From Burkholderiales bacterium (lineage in GTDB: Bacteria > Pseudomonadota > Gammaproteobacteria > Burkholderiales > SG8-41): a stretch of 64,000 nt of DNA. Below, piece after piece: positions 26,443-36,469 of the stretch; position 1 is the stretch's first letter, and each line of letters begins with the position of its first letter. Location: assembly GCA_035259205.1 (NCBI GenBank), contig DATFWO010000318.1:7954-71953 (forward strand). Reading direction: 5' to 3'. Below the pieces are notes generated by a model. The model saw only the letters and a list, made by a program, of their open reading frames with translations, was not told the DNA's origin and did not search any database. Position numbers and translations under genes: made by a program.

Positions 26443-29211
26443 ATGACTATACGGTGCAAGGGCAGGGTGATCGTTGCGCTCCTGGCGAGCGTGCTGGTGA
26501 TCGCCTGCAGCCCGCCAGATACCGACAAAATGATGCTGGAGGCGAAGCAATACCAGCAGAAAGGAGATCTCAAAGCCGCCGTCATCGTGCTGAATAACGT
26601 CCTGCAGCTGAAACCTGAGGAAGGTGAAGCTCGCCTGATAATGGGCACGATCTCCATGCAGAACCGGGACCCGCGCGCAGCCGAGCACCATTTTCGCGCG
26701 GCCCTCGAAGCAAAGGTCGATCCGAAGGTCCTGCTTCCGCTCCTTGCCCAGGCACTGTTCGAACAGGCTGAATTTCAAAAGCTTCTGGATGCCACGCGGG
26801 CGAGCGATTACGGCGACGCGGCGCAGCAGCCGGAGATACTCAGTTTTCGGGGCCACTCGCAGCTTTCCCTCGGACGCCTCGAAGAAGCGGCCGCATCGTT
26901 CCAGGAAGCACTGAAGCGCAGACCCGAATATGCTCCGGCGCTGCTGGGAGAGGCACGCCTCGCCTTGCTCAAGAGGGATGTCCCCGCCACCGTAACCTTG
27001 GTCGATCGCGCGCTCGCCGCTGACCCCTCCAACATCGACGCCTGGTTGATCAAGGGCGACCTCGACCGGGCCGCAGGTAATTTCCGCGCAGCCCTTGCCG
27101 ATTACGAGAAGGGGCTCGCCCTCAGCCCCAAAAGTCTCGCCGCCAACCTCAATCTGGCCTCGTTGCACATGCAACAGGGGGAGCTCGAGCTCGCGCGCAA
27201 GCACGTTCGCTCCGTGCTGGAGACGGCGCCCGACAGCCCGATCGGCTATTACCTGCTCGGATTGCTGGAATTCCAGAGCAAGAATTTTGCCGCCGCCAAC
27301 GATGCGATCCAGCAGGTTCTGAAGGCCGCGCCCAGCTACCTCCCCGCGACCGCACTGGCTGGAGTAGTCGCCTACACGGTAGGCGCGAACGAGCAGGCAG
27401 AGCAGCGCTTGGGCGATGCAGTGGCTAGGTATCCGACCAGCGTCTCCCTGAGGAAGTTGTTTGCTGCGGCCCTGTTGAGGAGCGGCAAGGCGAGGCGCGC
27501 GATCGACGTGCTGGAGCCCGCGCTCAAGGCCGCGCCGAGCGATACGGGCCTGCTGGTCTTGTTCGCCGAGGCCAAGTCGCTCAATGGTGAAGCTCCGGTT
27601 GCGCGGAAGTACTTTGAACTGGCCGCCAAGTACTACCCGCAGAGTCCCGGCGTGCGCGCCGGCCTCGGGATGACGCGGCTTGCGACCGGGGAGATTGACA
27701 AGGCGTTGGCCGATCTGGAGGCGGCGGTCGAGCTTGGCAGCGGTGTCGCGGAGATTTCCCTGGTGAAGGCGCTCGTGTCGATGAAGCGCTACGACAAGGC
27801 GCTCGAGGCCGTAGCTCGACTGGAAAAGAAGCGGCCCGAGGATCCAGTAACGTTCAATCTCAAGGGAGCGGTGCTGTTCGCGAAAGGCGATACGGCAGGG
27901 GCGCGCAAGGCATTCGAGCAGGCTGTAGCGCTGCAGCCATCGAAGTTTGCCGCGGCCAGGAATCTTGCGCAGCTCGACGTGCGCGAAAACAATCCGGCCG
28001 CAGCGCGCATACGTTTCGAGAAGATCCTCGAGCGCGACGCGGAGAACGTGCCCGCTATGCTCGCGCTCGCCGAACTCACAGCTGCGGCCGGCAACAGCGC
28101 AGAGGCGCTATCGTGGGTGAAGCGGGCAAGGGATGCGCAGCCAAAATCCTACGCGCCTTCCATGGCACTCGCGCATCTGTACTTCGCCGCGGGGGACTAC
28201 GCCAGCGCCATCGCCGCGGTGCGCGATGCGGTGGCCGCCGACCCCGACAGCGCCGATGCTCTCAACCTGCTGGCTTATTCACAGCTGCGGCTCGGCCAGC
28301 GAACGCAGGCTCTGGCCACTTATTCGGTGCTCGTCAGCCGCTATCCGAAATCGGCGGAAGCGCACTACGGGTTGAGCGGGGCGCTGTCCGCGGATGGCCA
28401 GTACAGAGCCGCGGAACGCAGCCTCAAGACGGCGCTGCAACTGAGGCCGGGCTTTCCCGAGGCGATGTATGCCCTCGCCGCATTGCAACTGCGGATGGGA
28501 AAGACCGCGGAAGCAGGAAAGCTCGTGGGCGATGCGCAAAAATGGCTGCCGCAGACATCCCTGGCGTCCGTCATTGCCGGCGACACGGCCATGGCGGAGA
28601 AGCGTTACGACCGCGCCGTACAGGCGTATGGGGTGGCCTTCGCTGCGGAGAAATCCCGCGAAATGCTGCTGAGACTCCATGGCGCGTTGCTCGGCGCCGG
28701 TAAGACCGCCGCCGCAGAAGCGCTGACCACGGAATGGCTGAAGAAGAATCCGGACGACGTTCAGGTGCGCTATCTGGTGGCCGACACGGCAATCCGCAAT
28801 CAAAACTTCCGCCTTGCAGCGGAGCAATACGAGTACGTGCTGAAGATCGAGGGCACCAAGCTGCCCCTGCTGCACAACCTCGGAATGGTCTACGAGCGGA
28901 TGAATGATCCACGCGCGCTGGAGCTCGCCGAGACGGCATACAAGATAGCGCCCGAGCAGCCGGGTGTCCTGTTCAACCTGGGCCGACTTGTGCTGCAAAA
29001 GGGGGATGCCGAGCGCGCGGTCAAGCTGCTGGAGAAGGCGCGGACCATGTCGCCTGACTCCCAGCTGGTCCGTTACGATCTCGCCAAGGCCTACATCAAA
29101 GTGGGCTCCAACGACCTTGCGCGGATTGAACTGCAGCAATTGCTCCGCAGCCGCCAGGAATTTCCCGAACGCGCCGAAGCCGAAGACCTGCTGCGGAAAC
29201 TCAAGAATTGA
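26443..29211 (+). CDS. PrsT-like TPR-repeat lipoprotein (paralog 2 of 4)
   Basis: 922 aa of TPR repeats. Lipobox VLVIAC. Collinear by eye with the other three paralogs. Confidence 0.8.
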   Translation: MTIRCKGRVIVALLASVLVIACSPPDTDKMMLEAKQYQQKGDLKAAVIVLNNVLQLKPEEGEARLIMGTISMQNRDPRAAEHHFRAALEAKVDPKVLLPLLAQALFEQAEFQKLLDATRASDYGDAAQQPEILSFRGHSQLSLGRLEEAAASFQEALKRRPEYAPALLGEARLALLKRDVPATVTLVDRALAADPSNIDAWLIKGDLDRAAGNFRAALADYEKGLALSPKSLAANLNLASLHMQQGELELARKHVRSVLETAPDSPIGYYLLGLLEFQSKNFAAANDAIQQVLKAAPSYLPATALAGVVAYTVGANEQAEQRLGDAVARYPTSVSLRKLFAAALLRSGKARRAIDVLEPALKAAPSDTGLLVLFAEAKSLNGEAPVARKYFELAAKYYPQSPGVRAGLGMTRLATGEIDKALADLEAAVELGSGVAEISLVKALVSMKRYDKALEAVARLEKKRPEDPVTFNLKGAVLFAKGDTAGARKAFEQAVALQPSKFAAARNLAQLDVRENNPAAARIRFEKILERDAENVPAMLALAELTAAAGNSAEALSWVKRARDAQPKSYAPSMALAHLYFAAGDYASAIAAVRDAVAADPDSADALNLLAYSQLRLGQRTQALATYSVLVSRYPKSAEAHYGLSGALSADGQYRAAERSLKTALQLRPGFPEAMYALAALQLRMGKTAEAGKLVGDAQKWLPQTSLASVIAGDTAMAEKRYDRAVQAYGVAFAAEKSREMLLRLHGALLGAGKTAAAEALTTEWLKKNPDDVQVRYLVADTAIRNQNFRLAAEQYEYVLKIEGTKLPLLHNLGMVYERMNDPRALELAETAYKIAPEQPGVLFNLGRLVLQKGDAERAVKLLEKARTMSPDSQLVRYDLAKAYIKVGSNDLARIELQQLLRSRQEFPERAEAEDLLRKLKN

Positions 29212-29313
29212 CTCCGGCCGATGCAAGCTCTCGTCCCCGGAAAGAGATAGGATTACACTGAACGTACGGGCCTTGACCGGGCGACCATTTCACGCGCGCA
29301 AGAGGTGAATCCC

Positions 29314-32109
29314 ATGGTCGACTTGCAACTTACGCGAGGGTATGCAACGCGCGTCGCGCTGTTGCTGATGATCGTGCTGTGCATCGGCAGCTGTGGCAAG
29401 AAGATGCCCAGCGTCGAAGACGCGATGGCCAGCGCCAAGCAGGAGCGCGCGAAGGGTAACAATGCGGCGGCCATCGTCCATCTCAAGAACGTGATCCAGA
29501 GAGCCCCCGACAACGCGGAGGCGCGCTATCTTCTGGGACTGGGCTACGTCGACACCGGCGACTTCGCTTCGGCGGAAAAGGAGCTGCGCCAGGCGCTCGA
29601 ACTGCGCTACGACGCGGCGCAGATCGTTGCGCCGCTCGGTAAGTCGCTGCTGGCGCAGGGCGAATTTCAGAAAGTCCTCAACGATATCCGCGTCGACGCT
29701 GCAACCGGCAACGCAGCGCAGGCGGAGATCCTCTCGCTGCGGGGACTCGCTGCGCTCGGTGCGGGGCGCACCCGCGACGCCCGCGAAGCGTTCGAGCAGG
29801 CGCTCGCCAAGCAGCCGGAATTCGCCGATGCATTGCTCGGCCAGGCGCGGCTCGCCGCCGGTGAGCGCAAACTCGACGAAGCCGCGGCTCTGATCGAGCG
29901 CGCCATCGCCAGCGCTCCGAACAGCGTCGACGCATGGCTCATGAAGGGGGATCTGCAGCGGATTCTGAAGCAGGAAGGCGCGGTCGCCTCCTACCAGAAA
30001 GTACTCGAGCTCAAGCCGGATAACGTCCCCGCCCGACTGAACGTGGTTTCAATGGAGATCGCCGCCGGGAATTTCGACGCCGCCAACAAGCAGCTCGAGC
30101 AGGTGCGCCAGGTCGCTCCAAAGAGCCCGATGGTCAAGTACATGGAGGCGCTCATCGAGTTCCGGAAGGGCAACTACGCCGCCGCGCGCGATGCCGTGCT
30201 GCAGGTCCTCAAGGTCGCGCCCAACCATCTGCCCAGCGTGCTGCTGGCGGGCGCAATCGAGTATGCGCTGGGGTCGCATTCCCAGGCGCAATCGTACCTC
30301 GCGCGCGTGGTCGAACGGGCGCCGGGCAACCTCTATGCGCGCAAGCTCCTGATCGCGTCGCTCGCAAGAAGCGGCAACATGCAGCGGGCTCAGGAAGTGC
30401 TCGAGCCCGGATTGAGACAGTCGCCTAACGATGCGGGGTTGCTGGCGCTCGCCGGAGAGGTGGCAATGCAGGCCAATGATTTCGCCCGGGCGAGAGAGTA
30501 CTTCGACAAGGCCGCCAAGCTCGATCCCAAGAGCGCCGGCGCCCGCACCGGGCTTGCCGTGAGCCGTCTCGCTTCCGGCGAGGCGGACCGCGCGCTGGCC
30601 GACCTCGAGGCGGCGGTGCAGCTCGATTCCGACAAGTACCAGGCGGACATATTGCTCGTGACGTCGCATCTGCAACGCGGCGAGTTCGACCAGGCGCTCA
30701 AGGCGCTGCAAAGCTTGGAAAAGAAGCAGCCCGACAATCCGCTCACCTACAATCTGAAAGCCGCCGCGTACCTTGGCAAGAAAGACAGCCTGAACGCGCG
30801 CAAGAACCTGGAGCGGGCGCTCGAGCTTCGGCCCACCTACCTGCCCGCGGCATTGAACCTCGCACAACTCGACTTGCAGGACAAGAATCCCCAGGCCGCC
30901 CGCCGCCGGGTCGAGGCGATCGTCGAGAAAGACCCGAACCACGTGCAGGCTTTGCTTGCGCTCGCGAATCTCGGGCCGCGGCTTGGGGCGACGGTAAAGG
31001 AGCAGGTCGAGTGGCTGGAGCGCGCCCAGCGGGCGAGTCCCGCAACGCCTCAGCCGCAGCTCATGCTGGCGCGTCTCTACATCCAGACCGGCGAGCCGAA
31101 AAAAGCGCTCGAGCTGGCGCAGAAGGCGCAAGCAGCGAACCCGAACAGCATCGAAGTGCTCGATGCCCTCGGCGCCATCCAGATCGCGGCAGGCGAGAGG
31201 AACCAGGCCCTTGCGACCTACGGCAAGCTGGCGACCTTGCAACCCAAGTCGGCGGTCGCCCAGTACCGTCTCGCTACCGCGCAGTCCATCAACGGCGACA
31301 CCACGGGGGCTGCGAATTCGCTGCACAAGGCGCTCGCGCTGCAGCCCGACTTCGTGGATGCGCAGGCGGCGCTCGCCGAGCTGGAGCTGCGCGCCGGCCG
31401 CTCGGCGGAAGCGCTCAAGATCGCACGGCAGCTGCAGAAGCAGGCCACCTCTTCCGCCGTGGGCTACACCCTCGAAGGCGATGCCCTGATGGCGGAAAAG
31501 AAGTTCCTCCCGGCGGCGAAGTCGTACGAAACGGCCTACGGCATGGACAAGAACGGCGTGCTCGCGGCGAAAATGCACGCGGCATACCTGCAGGGCGGGA
31601 AGCCCGATGAGGCGGAAGCGCGGCTGGCGCAATGGCTGAAAGCCTCACCCGAAGACAGCGCCGCGCGGCTGTACTCCGCGGATGCCAGCCTCAGGACCGG
31701 CAAGTACAAGAGCGCGATCGAGCAGTACGAATGGCTGCAGCAGAAGCAGCCCGACAATATCATCGTGCTGAACAACCTCGCCTGGGTGTACCAGCAGGTG
31801 AAGGATCCGCGGGCGCTGGCGACCGCCGAGCGGGCGTACAAGCTCAAGCCCGACAACCCCGCCGTCGCCGACACCCTCGGCTGGATGCTGGTGGAGCAGG
31901 GCAACACCGCGCGTGGCGTCGAGCTGCTGCGGAAAGCGGTGGTGGCGGCGCCCCAGTCGCCCACCATCCGTTACCATCTCGCTCAGGCATGGCTGAAGTC
32001 CGGCGACAAGGCGAAAGCCCGCGACGAGCTGGAGGGGTTGCTGTCCACCGGCACGAAGTTCCCGGAGCAAAACGAAGCGCAGAACCTGCTGAAAGAATTG
32101 CGCAGGTAG
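29314..32109 (+). CDS. PrsT-like TPR-repeat lipoprotein (paralog 3 of 4)
   Basis: TPR repeats throughout. Lipobox CIGSC. The ATG at 29314 lies 8 nt after the aagagg RBS, whereas the ORF track begins at a GTG at 29305. It is the closest paralog of 55899..58685 (shared blocks NAEARYLLG, EQALAKQPEFADALL, SAPxxVDAWLMKGDL). Confidence 0.8.
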   Translation: MVDLQLTRGYATRVALLLMIVLCIGSCGKKMPSVEDAMASAKQERAKGNNAAAIVHLKNVIQRAPDNAEARYLLGLGYVDTGDFASAEKELRQALELRYDAAQIVAPLGKSLLAQGEFQKVLNDIRVDAATGNAAQAEILSLRGLAALGAGRTRDAREAFEQALAKQPEFADALLGQARLAAGERKLDEAAALIERAIASAPNSVDAWLMKGDLQRILKQEGAVASYQKVLELKPDNVPARLNVVSMEIAAGNFDAANKQLEQVRQVAPKSPMVKYMEALIEFRKGNYAAARDAVLQVLKVAPNHLPSVLLAGAIEYALGSHSQAQSYLARVVERAPGNLYARKLLIASLARSGNMQRAQEVLEPGLRQSPNDAGLLALAGEVAMQANDFARAREYFDKAAKLDPKSAGARTGLAVSRLASGEADRALADLEAAVQLDSDKYQADILLVTSHLQRGEFDQALKALQSLEKKQPDNPLTYNLKAAAYLGKKDSLNARKNLERALELRPTYLPAALNLAQLDLQDKNPQAARRRVEAIVEKDPNHVQALLALANLGPRLGATVKEQVEWLERAQRASPATPQPQLMLARLYIQTGEPKKALELAQKAQAANPNSIEVLDALGAIQIAAGERNQALATYGKLATLQPKSAVAQYRLATAQSINGDTTGAANSLHKALALQPDFVDAQAALAELELRAGRSAEALKIARQLQKQATSSAVGYTLEGDALMAEKKFLPAAKSYETAYGMDKNGVLAAKMHAAYLQGGKPDEAEARLAQWLKASPEDSAARLYSADASLRTGKYKSAIEQYEWLQQKQPDNIIVLNNLAWVYQQVKDPRALATAERAYKLKPDNPAVADTLGWMLVEQGNTARGVELLRKAVVAAPQSPTIRYHLAQAWLKSGDKAKARDELEGLLSTGTKFPEQNEAQNLLKELRR

Positions 32110-32116
32110 AGCTGGC

Positions 32117-35089
32117 TTAGGGCGCTATGCTGTGCGCGGCCAGGATGAAAAACAGCATCTGTGACTGCGCATCGGGGGCGATTTCCCCCCGATAGCGCGA
32201 CCACAGCTCCCGAGCGGCTGGCTTGTTTCTTTGCGCGATATGGCCCAGCATCGCCACCATCACCAGGTAACGCGTGCGCTGCGGAGTCAAGCCGCCGCCT
32301 TGGAGCAGATGCTCGGCGAGCTTGGTCATCTCCTTCGAGTTGCGATTCCCTATCATTTTCAATAGGGCGAGCCAATCATTTTCCACGGCGTTCAATTGCG
32401 AGCCGCAGGGCTGCGTCTCGATCCAGCGCCAGATCGGCACGAGCTCCTCGGGGCGCAAATATGGCACCACAGCCATGCCGACGTTGAGCATGCCGTCGAT
32501 CTTATCACCACGCACCGCGGGCTCGGCGCAGCTTGCCGCTGCGCGCCTCGGCACCGCCGTTGATGCGTCTCGCAGCACTGTCGCGGCACGATATAACTGG
32601 CTCGCTCGATAATACTCGGACGCGGTAATGCTGGTCGTATCCGTAACCGCCAGTCGCACGCCCAGTAACTCCAGCGCCGGAACCGGCACCGCCGCCAGCG
32701 CTATGAGGTCCCCCGCGTTCAATTGAAGGAACCGCGTACGCGCCGCGTTCTGGTCCAGCACCGGATAGTAGTCAGAATTGGCGGCGATAGGGATGCGGGC
32801 AAGCAACGGGGCGAGCAGCTCCTTTGTCGCGATATGCCGCACCTCCACGTCCGCCGTCTGGTTGATGCCCACACGGGCCAGCTCCCCGGCGAACCGCGGC
32901 ACCTGGAACAGCGAACCATCGATCGGTGGCAGAGGCGCACCGTTGCGGGCAACGATGAGGATGTCACCATCGTTCGCAGCGAATATCGCGTAATGATCGA
33001 AATGCGACCCCAGTGCCTTGAGCACCGAAGCGACCAGGATAAAGTCGACTTCGTAGAGTTGCAGCCATTGGACCAGCATGCCGCCTTCTCGGAGTTGGTG
33101 CCGCACCAGACGATAGAACTCCACGGAAAACAGTCCTGCCACGCCGCTCACCCAGGGATTTGACGGCTCGGAAATAATGAGATCGTATTTCTCGTTGTGG
33201 GTCAAAAAAAAAGTCTTGGCGTCCTCGAAATGGATGTGGCTGCGCGGATCGCTGTATGCGAGTTCGTTACGGACTCGGAACCTCCTGGCGAGCGCCACCA
33301 TTGCCGGTTCGATTTCCACTGTATCGACCTGCTCCACCGATGGATGCGTGAGCACCACGTGGGTACTTACGCCGGAGCCGAACCCGATATTCGCCACCCG
33401 CTTTGCCTGCGGGTTCAAGAGCAATCCCAAGGTTCCGGACAGTACCATCGTCGATTCGTCCGATGCAACCTTCCCACCTCCCGTCACGTTTACCGAAGCG
33501 TCTATCTTTCCATTGGTGCGGATCGACAGTAGATCCTGCTGCTGCGTCAGGTGAACAGTGGCGGTCTTGCCGTCCCTGTGGTCTACCACGTCGACATCGA
33601 CAGGCGACAAGAGCGTGCCCAGCCGAAACACGCCGGACGCCATTTTGTGCGGGTCGAGTTGCACCCAAATGAGCGTCGCCGCCACCGCGCTGACGCCTAA
33701 TGCCGTCCCCAGCGCGGGTAGGCGCCAGCCGTCGCGCTTCCACCCCCACCACAGGAGCGCCACGCCGAGCCCCATGTCCACGGCAGACCCGAAGGCGATC
33801 AGCCCTTTCAGGCCCAGCAGCGGCATGCCGAGGTGGACTGCTGCGAACACCCCGGTGATCGCGCCCACGGTATTGGCCGCGTATACCGCTCCGATGCTGC
33901 CTTCCCCCCAGCCTCCCCGCAGCAGCGTGTAGGTGACGAGCGGCAGTGTCATCCCGGCGCAGAAGGTGGCGGGCAACATCACGGCGAGCGCGATGCCGTG
34001 GCTGCCCAGGTTGAACCACGAATAGCCCGTTTCGGTCCTGGGCAGCATGTCCAGCATCCACTTCATGACGTCGAAGGTGTGGCTGTAGACCAGCAGCGTA
34101 GAGAGCGCCAGCAGCCCCATGAAGAACTGCACGTATCCCAGATAGCGCAGGGGATCGATAATCCCATCTATACGGCGGCGGATCCACAGCCCGCCGAAGG
34201 CCAGGCCGAAAATGAAGGCGCTCAACATCAGCTCGAACGCATGGGTCGAACTGCTCAGTACCAGACTCAACATGCGGATCCAGCCGATCTCGTAAATCAG
34301 CGAGGCGAACCCCGTCAGTAACGATGCGGCCAGCAACAGGCGGTGCATGGCATCGTCAGCGGAATGTTCTCCCGGACTCGCCGCTATCGGCGCGGGTTTC
34401 CTCGTCTCGGGCTCGTCGCCGGCGAACCGCCACACCAAAACCGCCAGCGCGATATTGATGATTCCAGCCAATCCGATGGTGCCAGGGAGCCCCACCAGCT
34501 TTATGAGCCAGAAGCCGCTGGCCAGCACTCCCACGGCGCCACCGATGCTGTTGGTGAAGTAGAGCAGCGCTATGGTTTCGCCTGGTCTGAGGGGAAAACG
34601 CCGGATCATGCCGGCGCTCATGAGAGGGAAGGTCATTCCGAGCAGCACCGACTGCGGCAGAATGAGAAGCGCTCCGCCGCCCCACTTGAAAGCGGTCGCT
34701 GCAGCCGTGGACCCGAGCTCGGGTATGACGATGGAATACGCGACGTTCACGAAGCCGTCAAAGACGGGATGGAAAACCACGGCCAGGAGCCCGATTATCC
34801 CCTCCGTGACCGCGTAGCCTTTGAGCAGGTTGCTCCAGCGGGCGGAATAGCGGCTGCACAGCCACGAGCCGGCTCCCAGTCCTGCCATGAAGATGGCCAG
34901 CACGAGCGTCTGGGCATACGCCGCATGACCGAGGAACAGCTTCAGGTAATGCGTCCAGATGGACTCGTAAATGAGACCGGCGAACCCCGAGACCGTGAAT
35001 ATGAGGAAGAAGACCTTGCGCAAGGGACGGTGGGACCGGGAATTATGGCCGCTGCCTTTAAGTCGAGGATGGTAGCAGAGACCGCGCAT
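32117..35089 (-). CDS. Fused polytopic membrane / spermidine-synthase-like (class I methyltransferase fold) protein with an extra C-terminal domain of about 300 aa
   Basis: About 12-14 N-terminal TM helices beginning FTVSGFAGLIYESIWTHYL. Spermidine-synthase-like core IGFGSGVSTHVVL, VDTVEIEP and YDLIISEPSNPWVSG. The C-terminal region is not recognised. Confidence 0.7.
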   Translation of the reverse strand: MRGLCYHPRLKGSGHNSRSHRPLRKVFFLIFTVSGFAGLIYESIWTHYLKLFLGHAAYAQTLVLAIFMAGLGAGSWLCSRYSARWSNLLKGYAVTEGIIGLLAVVFHPVFDGFVNVAYSIVIPELGSTAAATAFKWGGGALLILPQSVLLGMTFPLMSAGMIRRFPLRPGETIALLYFTNSIGGAVGVLASGFWLIKLVGLPGTIGLAGIINIALAVLVWRFAGDEPETRKPAPIAASPGEHSADDAMHRLLLAASLLTGFASLIYEIGWIRMLSLVLSSSTHAFELMLSAFIFGLAFGGLWIRRRIDGIIDPLRYLGYVQFFMGLLALSTLLVYSHTFDVMKWMLDMLPRTETGYSWFNLGSHGIALAVMLPATFCAGMTLPLVTYTLLRGGWGEGSIGAVYAANTVGAITGVFAAVHLGMPLLGLKGLIAFGSAVDMGLGVALLWWGWKRDGWRLPALGTALGVSAVAATLIWVQLDPHKMASGVFRLGTLLSPVDVDVVDHRDGKTATVHLTQQQDLLSIRTNGKIDASVNVTGGGKVASDESTMVLSGTLGLLLNPQAKRVANIGFGSGVSTHVVLTHPSVEQVDTVEIEPAMVALARRFRVRNELAYSDPRSHIHFEDAKTFFLTHNEKYDLIISEPSNPWVSGVAGLFSVEFYRLVRHQLREGGMLVQWLQLYEVDFILVASVLKALGSHFDHYAIFAANDGDILIVARNGAPLPPIDGSLFQVPRFAGELARVGINQTADVEVRHIATKELLAPLLARIPIAANSDYYPVLDQNAARTRFLQLNAGDLIALAAVPVPALELLGVRLAVTDTTSITASEYYRASQLYRAATVLRDASTAVPRRAAASCAEPAVRGDKIDGMLNVGMAVVPYLRPEELVPIWRWIETQPCGSQLNAVENDWLALLKMIGNRNSKEMTKLAEHLLQGGGLTPQRTRYLVMVAMLGHIAQRNKPAARELWSRYRGEIAPDAQSQMLFFILAAHSIAP

Positions 35090-35290
35090 GTCGTATCACG
35101 GGCCGAGCCAACGCAGAATCAGGACCCGCACGGCGCTCACACAAAGCGGGTGACATCAGCGAAAACGATGCGTTCGTCATGCGGACGCACGACTTTTATC
35201 CTATGATGTGCGCGGGAGCTGCTCGCGGAATACTCGTCTGCCGGGGCGGCAGTTCCGCTCATAAATCCTACACAACCACAGGAGAGGGCG

Positions 35291-35614
35291 ATGGCCTATT
35301 ACATGATCCAGACTGCGTTCACCGCAGATGCGTGGGGGACGATGCTGAAGAACCCGCAGAACCGCGCCGAGCAGGTGCGCCCGATGATCGAGAAGCTGGG
35401 GGGCAAGCTGGAAGGCTACTGGAGCTGCTTCGGCGACTACGACACGGTGCTGATCGTGCAGGCGCCGGACAACGTTGCCGCCGCAGCCCTGTCACTCGCT
35501 GCCGCAGGCGGAGGGGCGCTGCGCTCGGCCAAGACGACCCCGTTGATGACGATGGACGAGACGGTGCAGGCGTTGAAGCGCGCCGGCAAGGCGGGGTACA
35601 AAATCCCCGGCTGA
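35291..35614 (+). CDS. GYD-domain protein
   Basis: 107 aa. MAYYMIQTAFT ... GDYDTVLIVQAPD fits the GYD family pattern. Confidence 0.65.
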   Translation: MAYYMIQTAFTADAWGTMLKNPQNRAEQVRPMIEKLGGKLEGYWSCFGDYDTVLIVQAPDNVAAAALSLAAAGGGALRSAKTTPLMTMDETVQALKRAGKAGYKIPG

Positions 35615-35690
35615 ACTCCCTCGGTCCAGCTGCCGCCGCCAGGGGCAGCGAGAAGCCGCGCACGATGGAACGGGCGAGCGCCGCGCGCGG

Positions 35691-36428
35691 CTATCTTTTC
35701 TGCGCAATTTCCTCGGCGACGGTGCGGTAGAGCGAGCGGACCAGGAAATTGACGTCCTTTCCCACCCGCCCCGTGTTTATTCTCGAGGGAATGCGTTCGC
35801 CGCGGTGTTCGATCGCGCCGCCGATGACTTGAGGCCTGGTTCCGATAAGTCTGCCGATGCTGCTCACCTCTCTCGGTTCGGTCAGCATGAAAAGCGTTTC
35901 TATGCCATTCAACCGTGCGAGCTCGACGACGCCAAAGAAGAGGCCAGCCGAAATATACGGGAAGCGGGGATTTTTCCAGGTGCCGAAGTTCTTGTCGGCA
36001 GTTCCCTGCGGAGTCTGCGCTTCGCCCTTGCGCTTGCGAAACCGGGAGATGACGGCGAGCCGCGAGATCTCGCCGATGCTCTCGCGCGGGAGCTTGGCCG
36101 GATCGACGATGGAGCGATCCAGCGTGGCCGCGCAGCTTTTCTCGAACGGCAGCGGTTGGTGACGATCGTCGGCCCGTGTGCGGACGATGCGCGTGCAGCC
36201 GATGAAGTCGCCGAGCTGCACGCTGCGTATCAGCACGTGCAACGATTGAGCGTCGTAGGCGTCGGTCTCGCGCTCGTCCGGCCGCTCCCGTTCAAAGCCC
36301 AGGTCCACGCAATAGACCTGGTGGCGCAGCCGATAGACTTCGTCCTTCAACGTATCCGTGAGCGCCGGGACGATTTCGAAGTATTGCCTGAAGCCCTTAC
36401 CCAGATTCAATATTTCGGGTAAAAACAC
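35691..36428 (-). CDS. PEP-CTERM/exosortase-system-associated acyltransferase (long-chain N-acyl amino acid synthase-like, GNAT/LuxI-like fold)
   Basis: N-terminal FEIVPALTDTLKDEVYRLRHQVYCVDLGFE and ETDAYDAQSLHVLIRS ... IGCTRIV fit the pattern of the exosortase-associated NAS family. The genomic context (PEP-CTERM locus) agrees. Confidence 0.65.
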   Translation of the reverse strand: MFLPEILNLGKGFRQYFEIVPALTDTLKDEVYRLRHQVYCVDLGFERERPDERETDAYDAQSLHVLIRSVQLGDFIGCTRIVRTRADDRHQPLPFEKSCAATLDRSIVDPAKLPRESIGEISRLAVISRFRKRKGEAQTPQGTADKNFGTWKNPRFPYISAGLFFGVVELARLNGIETLFMLTEPREVSSIGRLIGTRPQVIGGAIEHRGERIPSRINTGRVGKDVNFLVRSLYRTVAEEIAQKR

Positions 36429-36469
36429 GGCGCGATATCCTGCAGCATCCCGTCGTCTGCCGCCCGGTG

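Noticed and set aside
30049-31632. 527-aa ORF antisense to the third PrsT paralog, and similar ORFs opposite the other PrsT genes (21388..22557, 26227..27204, 28279..29226, 56427..57371, 57912..58616)
   Set aside because: These are GC-rich shadows. The TPR periodicity and lipoprotein signal are present only in the called frames.
32117-35089. Considered whether this polytopic protein could be the missing exosortase (EpsH)
   Set aside because: It carries a spermidine-synthase-like soluble core (IGFGSG, ISEPSNPW). It is far larger than exosortases, and I saw no exosortase-like Cys/Arg/His motif arrangement.
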